A stretch of DNA of 64,000 nucleotides, from NCBI RefSeq assembly GCF_001949145.1, contig NW_019091356.1, positions 3,516,934 to 3,580,933 on the forward strand. Direction: 5' to 3'. The translations under genes were made by a program, and so were the position numbers. This document shows, piece after piece, positions 42,349 to 55,900 of the stretch (positions are counted from its first letter, which is position 1; every line of letters starts with the position of its first letter). The notes under the pieces are model-generated. The model saw only the letters and a program-made list of their open reading frames with translations. It was not told the DNA's origin and ran no database searches. The DNA comes from Acanthaster planci. Its lineage: Eukaryota.

Positions 42349-45300
42349 ATGTCGTCACGAAGCGAGTCGTACTACGGCGGAGGCTGGTCAGACCAGTCCG
42401 GTCCAGCTGGGGATCGGGACGATGACCGCGATCGTGGGGGAAGGTTCGGGTTTGCCGGGCGTGATCGGGACCGCGGTGAAAGGTCTGGGTCCGGCCGAGT
42501 CGATATGGACAAGCCTCCAAACAGCAGGTAGGCATAGGCCTAAGGCCACGGGTTGGACTAGCTAAAGCTTTTATGCCTGTTTCCCCCGGTTTATTAATGT
42601 ACTTGTTGCTTACATTTGAGAGTGGAATTAAGCTTTAAGTTTTTAAAGTTTTATGATTGAAAAAAAAAAAAAGAAAGTTGCTGCCTGCCTCCCTCCAGAA
42701 CACCCCCCCAAAAAAACCCTCTTTATTATAGGCCTAGGCTTAGTTTAATGGACATTTTAACAACATTAACAAGATTTTATTTCTTAAAAAAAAGGAAATA
42801 AAATTCATTGGTAAATGTGCAAGATTTTTTAAAATCATCAATTCTCTGAACAAAATCCACGACCTGCACCACTACACCAACATGCAGGACCAACACATTG
42901 TAATAGGCCGAGGCCTACCCATTCATTTGCACCTGTTGCCTGGTTCGTAGTTGATTTGTGAATTTGTGTGGTTCAGTTTGCTGTGAATGTCTTGAAATTT
43001 CAGACTCTTCATCGTCTGTGGGAGGAACCACACAGAGGCCGAGCTTAAGGAGCACTTTGAACGTTTTGGCACCATTGACGATGTCTGGCTGGTCAAGAAC
43101 AGATCTACCAATGAGAGTAAGGGTGTGGCCTACATTAAGTACACCAAGGCGTCCGAGGCCGCCATCGCCATGGAGGAAACAGACAACAAATGTATCGGGT
43201 CCGACCCCAAGCCCCTCAAGGTAACTATTAAATCTCAACTTGGCAAGCGGTCAGTTTCTCTCATCTGATAATTACACCTAGAAGATGACTAAGGAAGTTG
43301 TTATGCTGAGCAGAAAGTCACAGAGAACCAGTCAATAGTCATATATGACTCTCATATCAGTCGATAGTCATGTGACTATTTATCAGTCAATAGTCATATA
43401 CCAGTCAATAGTCAATATATTGAATAGCCATCACATTTTGGAAGGCACCTCGTGCTTACTAAGAAAAATTTAAGCAACTCTGTACTTAAAGACAACATTA
43501 GCTCTAGAAACAAATTGACAACAGAAGTGTGACGTCGTTTTGAACCAGGAAGTGTAGTGCACAGGAAAAAGAGTACACATGGGTGTTGGTTCACCCGCTA
43601 GTTTTCACGATAACGCCTTTTACACATTATCGTGAATGTGACATAGTCACTTTGGTACTCTATATTGTTGTAGGATCACATTTGAAATTCTGATTCAGTT
43701 ATTAGTTGAGTGCTTGCCCAGAAGAGAAATGTACTTAGCTCTTTTTTGGCTTAGCAATTTTTTTCTTAATTGTCTAGGTCTTGATTGCAAACTCACGGCG
43801 CTCAGGAAGCAAGCAAGACATTGACGGACAAAAGGAACTGATGCGTATCTTCATCATGGTCCCCAAGAGCTACACAGAGGACGACGTCCGAGAGAAATTC
43901 CAAGGTTAAAAAAGAAATTAGAAATATTTCCTTCCGATATCTGTATCTGGCTCTAACACCCCCAGATTCTGAATAATCTGGTTTTCTGAATAATAAAGGT
44001 TTAAGGAGGATTTTGCAGGGTTGAGGAAGGTCGAGCTCAGCCACCGTTACTTTACACGGGGCTTGATGCCCCTTGAAAGTCTAAGTACAAAGAATGTGCA
44101 GTTGCTTTCCTGGAAATTGGAGGATTTTAGGAGAATTCGGGAAAATGCCTCGCCCCAAAAATGGGAGAGTTATAGTCAAACGGTCAGATAATGGTCTGAG
44201 GTATAAGTTGTATCTGATATTGTTATTCCACAGTTTACGGAGAGATTGACCACATCAACCTACTCAAGGACAGGCGCTCTGGGGAGAACAAAGGGTTTGC
44301 CTATGTCAAGTTCCGCAAGGTTTCCAGCGCTGCTGTTGCTATTGAAAGCTCTGACCGAGGTTTGTCCCCTGTGAATCTTTCAAACAGGATGGAAAGTTGT
44401 TAGACTTGACGTTTGAGTTATTTAAAGACTTCAAATAGAGGAGTATATCGTTGTACATTTTTTTTGTTCCATTTTTTGGCCAGGTTTCAAGGCCATTCTG
44501 GCCGAGCCAAAAGGTCACCGGAACCGTGACGAGCCCATGCCGACACAGATACACGAATCGACTTTTGCCGGAGGGGGTTTCCGGCCTGACTCTGCCTTTG
44601 ATCCCCGGTCCAGCTTTGCCTCGCCCGTCGGCGGGGGGTTCCACACCTATGAGCCCAACTCATACCACCACCCAGCTGCAGGTAAGGATAGATGTGGGCG
44701 GGGCATGAAAATTGGGAGTGGGCAGGGGCAGAGCAGAGAACGAGGAATCTAATCTAGATCATAACAAATAACACGTGTTTTTGCTTTCATTTTTGAACTA
44801 GTGACAGATCCACAAATTTCACCCAAGCTGTACGTGGTCGTCAATGGCAGCGTTACAGAGAATCAACTGAGGGCGCTGTTTGATCTGGTGCCTGGACTTG
44901 AATACTGTGACCTGAGACAGGAGCGGGGTGATTTTGGAGTCAAGGGTAAAAAAAAAAGTCTTCAAATACAGTCTCAAAATCATGACTGTTTAAAAGCCCT
45001 GAAAAAAGTGTTTTAAGATGAAACGAAGATGACATACTTCTTGTTTCACGCACAGGAATTGCTTATGTGCGCTACAGCACAGCTGTCTCAGCGGTTTACG
45101 CCAAGCAAAAGTTGGACCGTTTTGAGTACCCACCCAGCTGTCCGCTGTCGGTGAAGTTTGTTGAGGAGCCGGGATCGCCAACGGACACCGTGTAAGTTCT
45201 ACATCCATTCCTGTTCATGAAAAACAAAATCAAAGACAAATTAGCGTGAAAAAAAGTACCAATATGAGAACCTGGAAGTCATTTTCAGAGATAATTTCAA

Positions 45301-46203
45301 TCTTGTCTCACCTGTTTCAGGCGAGCTCAATTACAGCAGGGGCAAGCTCAGCTCCCCAGTTACATCATGGATCCCACCATGCTACGACTTCCTGCCCAAC
45401 AGCCGCTGGTCCACATCGACTCGTAAGAATGCTCATCAATATTCAAAATCAAGTTTTTCAGCCACTTTTTTTTCCCAATTTGGAGAAATTTGGTCTTGGC
45501 AGTTGAATAGAACAACAGCACTGAACATCTGGACTGGAATTTATGATTGAGTTAGTTATTTTATCGGCTGATACATAATGTAGACTAATTACTTTCTTGC
45601 CAAAATATCTTGGTATCATTTAAATTTTTGGTTCCGTCTTCAGCGAGTGCATGGAGAGGCTGTTCATCGTTTGCAATCCCGTGGCCCCACCTCCTGCAGT
45701 CCTCACAGACATCTTCTGTCGCTTTGGCAACCTGATTGAGTGCTACATGCTCAACAACCGTAACTTTGGCTATGCCAAGTACGCCGGTGAGAACGGATTG
45801 CAGGGGCGTTTTTTTTCAGCTTGTTTTTTTTTTCCAGTCACTGTTTAAGGCTTGTTGGCAAACTTATTACCCCCGACCATCATGCCAATACTACCTACAG
45901 CCTAAAGCCAGCTTTGTTGAACAAAAAGTCTAGCAGCTGACCTGACTGCCAGCATGAGCTCATGGAAAGAGGAGTCCGTCTCCAGACTAGTCACAGTATT
46001 CAGTTATTACAATGTTCATGTAAAAAACGTAGCCACACGGCGTAGATGGAGACCTGTGCCGCCTTTTTTTTCCCGCAGACAAGAGCAGTGCCCTCAAAGC
46101 TATTGATATGATCCATGGCCAGGAGGTTTCTGGGATACGCTTTAAAGTCATGGTGGCCGATCCGCAGACCAACGACACTCGCAAACGACCGCGCACCACC
46201 TAG
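42349..46203 (+). CDS. RBM45: RNA-binding protein 45 (RRM1, RRM2, homo-oligomerisation pseudo-RRM, RRM3, C-terminal basic NLS)
   Basis: Exons 42349-42527 (..DKPPNSR), 43004-43220 ([32 protein letters not shown]), 43778-43904, 44234-44359 (NKGFAYVKF), 44484-44681 (FKAILAEPK), 44802-44945 ([13 protein letters not shown]), 45056-45191 ([13 protein letters not shown]), 45321-45422, 45644-45786 ([26 protein letters not shown]) and 46079-46203 (KVMVAD..RKRPRTT*). Confidence 0.95.
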
Positions 46204-49200
46204 ACCTACCTCGTCGGGTGTAAGGTAAGTTTACGTACCTGCTCTAATTACACGTGAAACCCTGGCGTGGGGTACGTGTTTGCTCAGGTATTGTGCCAAT
46301 AAAATTGTAAACGTTTCAAAGTGACATTGTGCAATAACGATCCTCTCTCCGCAGCAGCCGACAAAGTTTCTGAATTAATTTGTAAAAGTAACTTCTTTTT
46401 TGTGACGCAAACATGTTGGACCCTTGTGTAGAGCACTGTAAGAAGTGAACGTGTCAGATGAGTGAAAACATTTACCAACACTGACTTATTTCAATATGAG
46501 ACAGAACAGAAATAAAAAGGAGTGCTTATACTTTGACTATGAGACAAAGCAGTGTACAGGTTTGGGAATTTATTTCTCACAGACGGATAACGCACTTGGA
46601 TTTTATTTTTAAAATTTTTGGTGTATGTCTGGTGCCCACTGTTGTTCCATTGTGACTCCTTGTACTGACCTGTTCTATTCCTTTCCTCACAGACAAGGAG
46701 ACTGACTCTTATAAACAAAACCAACCAAACCAACCCCAAAACATCTGACCCCCCTCACCTTTGACCTTCGCTTTTGACCTGCCAGTGATTGACCCATGTG
46801 ATCAGACAGTCGCATTTGACCCCTGACCTTGAAATAACCTCTGGAGACACAGAGACGCAAGTGCTGGATGACACAAGACGGGTTGTGTGGGAAAACGCCA
46901 CCCCATCTGGAGGATTTAAGACAATACAAAATAGCAGGAACTGGTAAACCATGACCACTCCACAAAGCCCGACGACGCTGACCTGGACAGAAAAGAGAAG
47001 TCCGTCAAAAGCAGAGCTGGTACGAAACAGACGCACAACGTTACGGCTATGTGGACACGAACCAGTCGATGGCCATCACCAACAAAGGACCTCAGCGACA
47101 GAGGACGGAGCGCGACCTAACGGGCGCAAGAAGAGACTCTGAGATACCCTTGCTTGATTTGACCACTGACCAGATCTGTCATGCTGACGACCCCCACGTG
47201 TAAGCTGGTTCAGCAGGACAACTCCACCATTTGGAAATGTCACGACCTGATGACGAAATCCCTACATACAACCAAACTCTAACTTCCGTCTTTGACCTTT
47301 GACCCGACCTGCCACGAGACAAGAAGGATGGGACGAGGAGGTGGTATTTCTGACATGCAGACAGCAAGAAAGACACATAAATTTGCCATTGATGACAACA
47401 ACCTTATGAAACCTAAGTCGTGTGCCAAGACCTGTGTTTCTACTCTGCTGGAGTGGATTTTTTCCGACTCTAACCAGACGCAGAAGACTCACTATGCACA
47501 GGAAACAAATGGCTTTACAGAGGACGACAAGATCCGCTGCAAACAGCAGGAACAATTTGACCCTGTCGCTATTAAACATGCGAATTAGACCTCAAACTTT
47601 GACCTTCCATGTGACCTTTTGACTCACTAAACTGTACATACGGCAGTCATTTACCACACTAAATGTACACACAGAAATGTTGACTTCTTTTCTCCTGTTG
47701 CTAGATATTGTGAACTTTTGTCTCTTTTTGTCTGTCTAAAAAATTGTTTGACTTTGGATGAGCAAAAATGACTTACCTGACCCATGAAAACATACTTTTA
47801 ACCAGCTGGTTAAATTTTTGTGCCAGACCGAAATGCAGTGGTTACCATGACAACCATTTTTGGGCCTTCGTCAGATCAGGTTTAAGAAAATCATAATCCT
47901 GTGCAGTTGGGGATTTGACCCAACTGGAGTCAATTTTAGTTGAATTCCCAAGTCAAAAATCCTGAATGTTAATTCAAAGAACCAAAAATGGAAGAACTAC
48001 ATTAAAGATGAATTCAGAATTAATTTGAACAGTTTGTCAGCAAAGCGAGGTGCCAAGTAGTATTTTGAAATTGAGCGTTATTCCAAAATTAAACTCCCGT
48101 TTTCCAACTGGCATTTGAAATCGTTGCAAGAGCTACACGTGTTGCATATCAAGTTCTCACTGGAAATCCATTCATCTTCTCAACACCTGATTCATTATCC
48201 CACAATCTGTCTGAAGGAAAAAACATGTGGAGCAAGTGTGTAAGTGGTAAGAATTTTTAAAGGGGGGATGTTCTCCGTACGAAAGATTTTCTTTGTTTCA
48301 AAGCAAGTGTGTACATTGTACATGAAGTGGTTATGTCATGTTATGTAATTAAAAATAACAGAAAAGGTCTTGTGTGTCTTTAATTTTGTTCAAGGTTTGA
48401 TGTTCCACACTCGGTTGTACATTTGAAGTTAACGTCACTGTGGTTTTCATGTCTGAGAAACTCGTTTAACTCTTGGCTGTGTGATACAAACGGGCAATAT
48501 AATGCACAAGTTACCCCTCCCCAGCAGCCGGGATTCGAACCCCCAAAGCCGTCGATACGGGGTCCAGCACCCAGTCTGAGAAAAACCCTCACAGCCTTTC
48601 CAAGTAACCAAAGTTCACAGTTAGAATGATCACAACAGAACCACAACAGAATCACTTCTGTGAATAAACTGCACGGCGTGATACAAGCCCAAATGCTTTT
48701 GGTGTCCATTTTTTTTCCCCCAATGGTTTTAATTTGTACATTTTCAGCCACAGTAAGTGATGTACAAAATAGCTGCCAACATCGTACATTTCTTGACACG
48801 AGTACATTGACATAAAAGCGGGCCCCCGTCTCCAGAGCTCAAAGAACAGGAACATGTCAAAACAACCAATGCATATACATACACACACTCACGCACACCT
48901 CACAAGAAAAAATTGTTATACCTACAATTTCAATCAAGAGTAAACATTAATGCTTACATTATGATGCAATGTATTATTCAACATACTCTATGGGCAATTT
49001 TTTTTTTTTCCGTTTCACATTATAGAAGAGCCTTTGTATCTACAATAAATTTCTGTACATAAACACAGCAATTAGCTATTTCGTTAGATTTTTTTTGGTT
49101 GACGGTAATGTTTATGTGAAAGGTGTTTAATATTCATACGGGGCTGTTGGAGGGAAAAAAACGCAAAATCCTCCGTGAATCCATCTGCAATAGCGAAGGA

Positions 49201-52200
49201 ATACGGAGACACGGCTTTCCAGTAGAAATAATGGTCTCCATTCACAACCAGTCCTCTCGGCCCCCTTCACAATATTCATCAGGACTCCTCCCACCCCACC
49301 CCAAATCAAAATAAGAACTGGATATGAATGGAATCTATGGCCAAGTCCGCATCACTTGGCTGTGGCTGGAAATGAAGCACGAGTCTGGCAGTGGCTGCGG
49401 CCAGTTCGCATCGAGTCGTGTGTGAATTCTGGCGTAGCCAAGTGATACGGACACGGCCCGTCTCGCAGGAAAATTTCTTGTACCTGCTCAAGCATGTCTG
49501 TCAAAAAGTCTCATCTGTATGTGGCTTTTTGGGCAAAAAAAACCCACACAATGGAAGAACCTGCCGTTTATACCACTGAATGCATAGCACAAACCATGTA
49601 CGGTATATTGTCAGGTTCTTGCCAAGTCCACGTAGTTCCATTTTTTTTGTTTCTAACACCACTTCAGAGGTAACCTTTGTCATTATTAGAGGATGTAACA
49701 ACTTCTGGGTTGGTGTTTGGTTTGTATTAGACGTTCAGAGAAAAAGCAACGGCTTGGTTACATGTCGGTTTGGAGATGAAAACAAAAACAATTACAGATA
49801 AGATTTGGAAATGAATTTGTCTCTTATGTAAATGACCTGATATGTCTTCCTGTGGTGATTGTTACTAGTAGCCCTGTGTGTGAGCACATCACACGGTAAT
49901 GCGTTACTTTGGTTTTCACCAACTGATATCAGTACTGTGTGTTTGCACTCTGTCATTTTGTTTTCCTTCCCTGGATGCCATTCGAAGGTCATATTGCGTG
50001 GCTAGGACTGCCAATAATACACACATTTATAGAGGCCTTCAGCCAATGGCTTCCTGGATTTCCCATGGGCACGTGCATAATTTCTAACCTGTGGCCAGGT
50101 GCTTGCGGATGCAGCCTGAATTCCACAGGTTCAGGGTTTTCACGGAAATTATTCTGCGCAGATGGGTCATTGTGTCAAACCTTCATCACAGGCATTTCCT
50201 CAAATCTTCCGCCACTTGCTTGCATGTCAGTTTGTGAAACCCAAAGACCTTTTAACGCATTTATAACAACAGCAGGTCATAAAAACTGTCAAATTTGAAA
50301 TCAACCTCTATTTTGCTTCAAACACAATCAGTAAATTGTCTTTTTTTTTCCTGAAGCAAACAATAAAACTAGTGAAGAAAACCTGACAGACTTGTCAAAT
50401 GGAAAGATTTCCTGCAGCTGATTGATGACCCTGTTTTTTCCATAATGCCGTCTTGATGTACCTCTTCATAACGTAAACCATTATACACCGTTTCTTAGGG
50501 GATAAATTTTACAATGAAGGAAAATAGAACACTTGCTTCAAGAAGGAAATAAGAAGTTCCCTTGAGGAACAAACCAAGACTGAAGAAAAATAATCAAAGT
50601 TTGAGAAGCATCAGTAATTCAACCAAAACAATTTACCTTTCGGTCACAGAGTGCGAGTAAATTTGAACACTATGACAGACTGTGAAGTTTGACAATGTTG
50701 ACATCATATGTCTCCCGTTGTACACTTGCATTTTGAATGCCTCGGTTAATCTGTTTGTGCATGGTCAACTCACATGGTTTCTCATCTCACACTGGGTGCG
50801 AATTTCTGGTTTGCTCTTCAGTGAGACTGTCATGGTGGCACATTCATTCTCTGACACTGGTGCCCTGGTTCCAATCCTACTCAAACCATGGACTGACTGG
50901 GGGGGAGGGGGATTGGAAATCGGTTCATACTTCAGGCAAACACGAAGAGACCCGGGTGTCAAAGGACCCGTCCGAATTTACAGCCACAGTACTTGCCACA
51001 ACATTACAAGTTCTAAGTGGCCTTCCTCTCAAGTCGAGTACCAATCGAAATTCACCCCTCAGTTCCATGAGTGCCCGAGAGACTTTTTTTCCAAATCTGG
51101 TTCTGATCCATCTCTATAAGCTTGCTTCATCTCCATAGTTCCACTGACTACTTTGTGATTGTTCTTCCAGTCTCACTTTAAAAGACAACTGATCAACCGT
51201 CCTCAGTGTTTCGACAAGGTCAGCCCTATATTACAGATACGGTGCCTTTTTACACCAGCAGTTGCTTTGGAAATATTGTACATCGGCAGACAGCAGAAAA
51301 ACACTCAGCTCATGCAAAACACCGTGAGCACCAACCAAAACCAACTTTAGCTTGCTCACTTTTAAGAGATGCAAATATTTTTTTTTCCGTCGGAGCCCAC
51401 ATCTGGCCAAACTTTTCGGATGGAACCTGCTGCTCGCAGTTTTTGTGTCAAAAATTTTAGTACTTTTGTTTTTTCGGTAAAGCTTTGTTTTCTTCCAGCA
51501 GCACAAAGTTCTCTTATCAAAAGTACGGCCTTCATAAGACGTATGTACAACCTTATTTACAGTCTTCTTAATCTGTTCAAAATATCAGAAAAATAGTTCG
51601 AAGAGAAAAAACAGCCTACCCCGGAATTTGTACATCGGGGTGACATCACAGCATTTTGATAGAGGAAAAAATATAGATGGAGATATCTGTACAGTAAGGT
51701 TTTAAAGTCCAACCTGGGTCTGGTGGCCTTTTGAATGAGCCCTGGTAGATTAGTGGCCAATGCCAACTGATGGCCAAAGTGGCCCTGAGTCATGTGACCG
51801 GTCATGGTCCACTGGCTGACAGTGTAATGAGGGCTGGAAGATCTGGACATCAGAGTCTTGTCTGCAGTGGTCATGAGCCTTGATGGTCTGCTAATGGGAA
51901 ACATGAAATGGTCAGGTTACCAACCGAGTGGCCAACTGCACAAATGAACGTCTACTGGTCAACAAAAATCTCACGGTAGCCTGTTGGAAACGATGGCAAA
52001 TGAGTTTCACTTGAATTCTTTGGACAAAGCACGGGCCACAACGGTCAACTAGCCTCAAACTTCCACTGGCCACCTTCACAGGTTGGACTGAAGATAGAGT
52101 TTAGCACTGGATCATGTCCATTTATACATTACATACACATGAGCAAATCACTGTTTCGTATCGTACACCACCTTCACACCCCAGGATGGGAAAATGAAGA

Positions 52201-52806
52201 AAAAATTAGACAAAAATTGTGAACCCTTGGGCACAGAAATTTTACAGCACATACAGGCAGACACACCGAAAAAATATCAGCATATATTTATAACCACTAA
52301 AAACGGAAGAAACAAGTATATATGTAATACTTCGTAATACTATTTTCTCTCTTTTATGACAATTATTTGATACGGCACGTGTTTAAACATGATTCGTAAT
52401 TTTTTGTTTGTACAATGACATCTCACAAGAATAAAACTTATAACTGGTATATAACAGGTCAACGGCACAGAGGTCACTAACTGTTTACATTAGACATATT
52501 TCAAAAAATACTTTACTTTTAAAACGAGGGTGGTTTTCCCCGATTCACAGCAAAAACAATTGGTCCCCACAACAAAATAAATAACACGCTATCAATGTTA
52601 ACCGACACAAGATCTCTCTTCTGGTGTTTCCAAGCCACTTCCTGAAGAACATACCCAATGGTCAACCCATTCCACAGCCGTTTCGTGTTGGGGGGTTTCA
52701 TGACAGTGCCAGGCATGAAACGGCTGTTGATAACCAACGACACAGACATTCACGGCAGTAGAGGTACTCGCACTTTTCCCTCCCACAGTTCCAACGGGTC
52801 TGGCAA

Positions 52807-52854
52807 TGCAGACCGCAGAGCCTGCTAAGCTGCAGACCGCAGAGCCTGCTAAGC
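52807..52854. repeat. Exact 24-bp tandem duplication in the HDAC 3' UTR
   Basis: TGCAGACCGCAGAGCCTGCTAAGC x2. Confidence 0.9.
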
Positions 52855-52902
52855 TGACTGGATACCACCCGGTGGCAGATTTTCATCTGTGACACCGATC
52901 CA

Positions 52903-55900
52903 CTATGACTCGTCTTTATAATCTTCCTCCATTGGTTCTGACCTTCAAGGCAAAGACACAAATAACCTTAAATATTTCTAACTTAAAAAGTTTTCATTGA
53001 ATGCTATGATACTTGTTTCTTTACGGAAACACTGCTGTTAATACTCTACTATGAGTCCCAATTTTAGTACCCCACTGATAGTGCCCCACTGATAGTACCC
53101 CACTGATAGTACTCCACTGATAGTGCCCCACTGATAGTACCCCACTGATAGTACTCCACTGATAGTACCCCACTGATAGTACTCCACTGGTAAGTACTGC
53201 CTTCATTGACCTACCTAGCTTTTTGTCTGACTGAGAGTAGAGCCATGGCAGTGACAGTCTCTGCTTCGTCCTTCTCTCGTTGGAGGAGCTGGTTGGATTC
53301 CTGGGCTGAACATGTGACCAGGGGGCCCATGGCTCGCACACTGGTCCAGTACTCGGCTGAGAAATGTGAGGAGATCACACCAATTTTTGTAAACGGAAGT
53401 CGAGTGATAAACACATAGCTATTTCTCAGACGAGAGCCTGACTTCAGGCAGTTTCATTTAAATGCAGAGCTGGTAACGGGCCTTGAAGGGTACGCGAAAC
53501 ATGACTTTCTTTGACAATTCATTGCTGTGTAAGAATACAGTAAAAAGTCAGTGAGCAACCTTTCCCTAGAAATGTTTTACAAAGAGCAAATTTAGGGTGA
53601 ACTGATTGACCTCCCTGATTTTCATCACAGCACCAGTGCCCTCACCCGAACAGAAAACCTTCAATATTTGGATTTCAAACAGTTTTCACATCACTGGAGA
53701 AGAGTATACAGATGCACAAAGATTGCGGAGCAAAATTAATTGAACAGATTCTTTAAGAAGTTGTATCTAGGCTTCTCTGGCCCTATATGCAAGCTCTGGG
53801 CAATGAAATGACCGGCACACCTGACGTAGGTGTGAACACCCATCTCACCATTTTCACAGTGTTCAGTGGTGGCACAGCGTAAGAAGCTGAAGTAGTAAAA
53901 AAAAAAATATTAGGTTTCCCCAAGGAACCTAAGGCGGAACCCAAGACCCCAGCAACTTACATTGGACTTGGATAGCACGCTGCAGACACTCCACTGCTTT
54001 CTCGTTGGGGATCGACGTCATGGCGCGCTCGCTCAGCTGTGGGCCCTCATCCCCGAGCAGCACCTGCGCGCAGACCTCGGAGGAGTCGCAGATGGCTGGC
54101 AGGTCATAGCCGCCTTCCAAGGCCAGGACCACGCGACCCCCGGCCAGGGTCATCAGCTGCTTGGTCATGTAGCCAAAACCTAAACCGGCCAGAAGGATCT
54201 GGGGTCATTTACGGGTTCTTTGAGAAATTCTATGAGAACAGATACTGGCTCTGGCAGATATCTTCTCATGCAGGTCAACTTTTTGATGGAAGGCTTTGTC
54301 CGTTTCCAAAGCAAAAGAAAGCAATCATTCACTGAGAAATTCTTTTCAATAAAATTCCAGCTTTTTTCTCCCTTTACAGTCTAGGATCTTTCCAAACATA
54401 AGTACTTAGAATTTTTCTTTTGTTACATTTGAAATGGTTTTGTATCCACAATGATTTGATAAGCCACTATGGAATGTTCCACTTACAAGCGGGGGTGACT
54501 TGGTAGCCTCCGAGGGGATTGGCGTGTCCCTCAGCGGCATCAAAACCAGCAGAGACCAAGACCACGTCGGGGGAGAACTCCCGTGCAATGGGCAGCACCA
54601 CAGACCTACAGAGAGATCAGATATATTGAATCCATCATCTGGAACTCTCAGTTCCAATCTCACTTCAGAACAATGAAAGCACACACACAAAATACAAGTG
54701 CAGTAAGGCCCACTACATTAGATTAATTTTTCACAAACATCTGGCCGTCTTTGACAAAAAAAAAGACGCTGTTTGATTTCTGAAAACCGTCGGCCCAATA
54801 ACTTACAGTTGTTTGGTTCTGCATCTGTGTCCCTATCAAAATTTGCCACCAACTCCTGCCCTGATTTTTCTTCCTTCAATTTTACATTTGAATCTCTAAC
54901 CTTTGGTCTCATGAACCAATCAAATCACTTCAGCCTCATCCTGAGTAAGCTTACCTGAAGGCAGCCAAGTATTCCGTGTCGCCCATCGGTGGGTCCAGGT
55001 TGCCGTGGAAGGCAATGTTGACATTGTAGCCAAGACCAGCACCGCATCCGCACTGCCCACAAAGAGGGAGGAAAATAACAAATGCACGAATGGACAATCT
55101 AAGATTCAATCACTCACGGCAGATAAAATGTTTTGGTTTACAAGACGCCGAATCAAGTGCGTCGTTCATACCTCATCAGGTGCACCAGTGCCAGGAAAGA
55201 AGTTGCCCTCGTCGTGACGATGCAGGGAGATGTAAAGAACGTGGGGATCCTCATAGAAGATCTTCTGGGTGGAGTTGCCATGGTGAACATCCTATTGTGA
55301 TGCAAATATCAAAATTGAAATCCAAATCATTGCTTTGTGTATTTTATCTGGAATCACGGGAAATACGGCACGGGCTGAGCCAACAATACAATAGATATTT
55401 TCTGATTGGAAAACTGAGCTGACCCTTTCAAACCCAATCAATCAATCCATTGCATCGTGACTGCTGTCACCTTGATCAATCAACAGTTGAAACGTGAGTG
55501 CCATGGTCGGTGGTATAAAATCAAGAATTTCAGCCATGTGGATGATTCTTCCTGAAAATCAGAATTTGGACCACTTGATCAATTACAACCAATCAACAAT
55601 AAAAAAAACAACAGTGAACCACATGACTACCAGCCAAGGCACTATTGGTGACAAGGATTCTCTGATCACATGGCGAGGCCTTACCCAATCAATGATAAGG
55701 ATCTTGTTGAGCTTGAGTTTGAGGCGCAGCTGCTTGGCGGCCACGGCCACCGAGTTGAAGAAGCAGAAGCCCATGGCCTGGGAGGTCTCGGCGTGGTGGC
55801 CCGGCGGCCGCACCACGGCAAAGCCGTTTTTCAGCTCACCAGCGGCCACTTTGAAGGCCAGCTCGATGACGGAACCAGAGGCCTAGGAGGAACGGAAAAC

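Noticed and set aside
47293..47305. DR1 nuclear-receptor element TGACCTTTGACCC and nearby TGACCT half-sites
   Set aside because: Not excluded, but the enrichment covers GAC in all contexts and on one strand only, which fits an RNA-level motif better than a DNA enhancer.
48520..48610. B-box-like GGTTCGAATCCC on the minus strand suggesting a tRNA gene
   Set aside because: No convincing A-box, acceptor stem or cloverleaf could be built. At most it is a tRNA/SINE remnant in the HDAC 3' UTR.
51557..51904. 115-aa minus-strand ORF with an acceptor in a phase compatible with an alternative HDAC last exon
   Set aside because: The exon at 52942-52903 already supplies the conserved EPMEE C-terminus, and this ORF has no recognisable similarity. 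It cannot be supported without transcripts.
53067..53192. CRISPR-like appearance of regular repeats here and at 21842-22175
   Set aside because: The context is eukaryotic with no cas genes. One array has no spacers, and the other has degenerate 14-bp cores.
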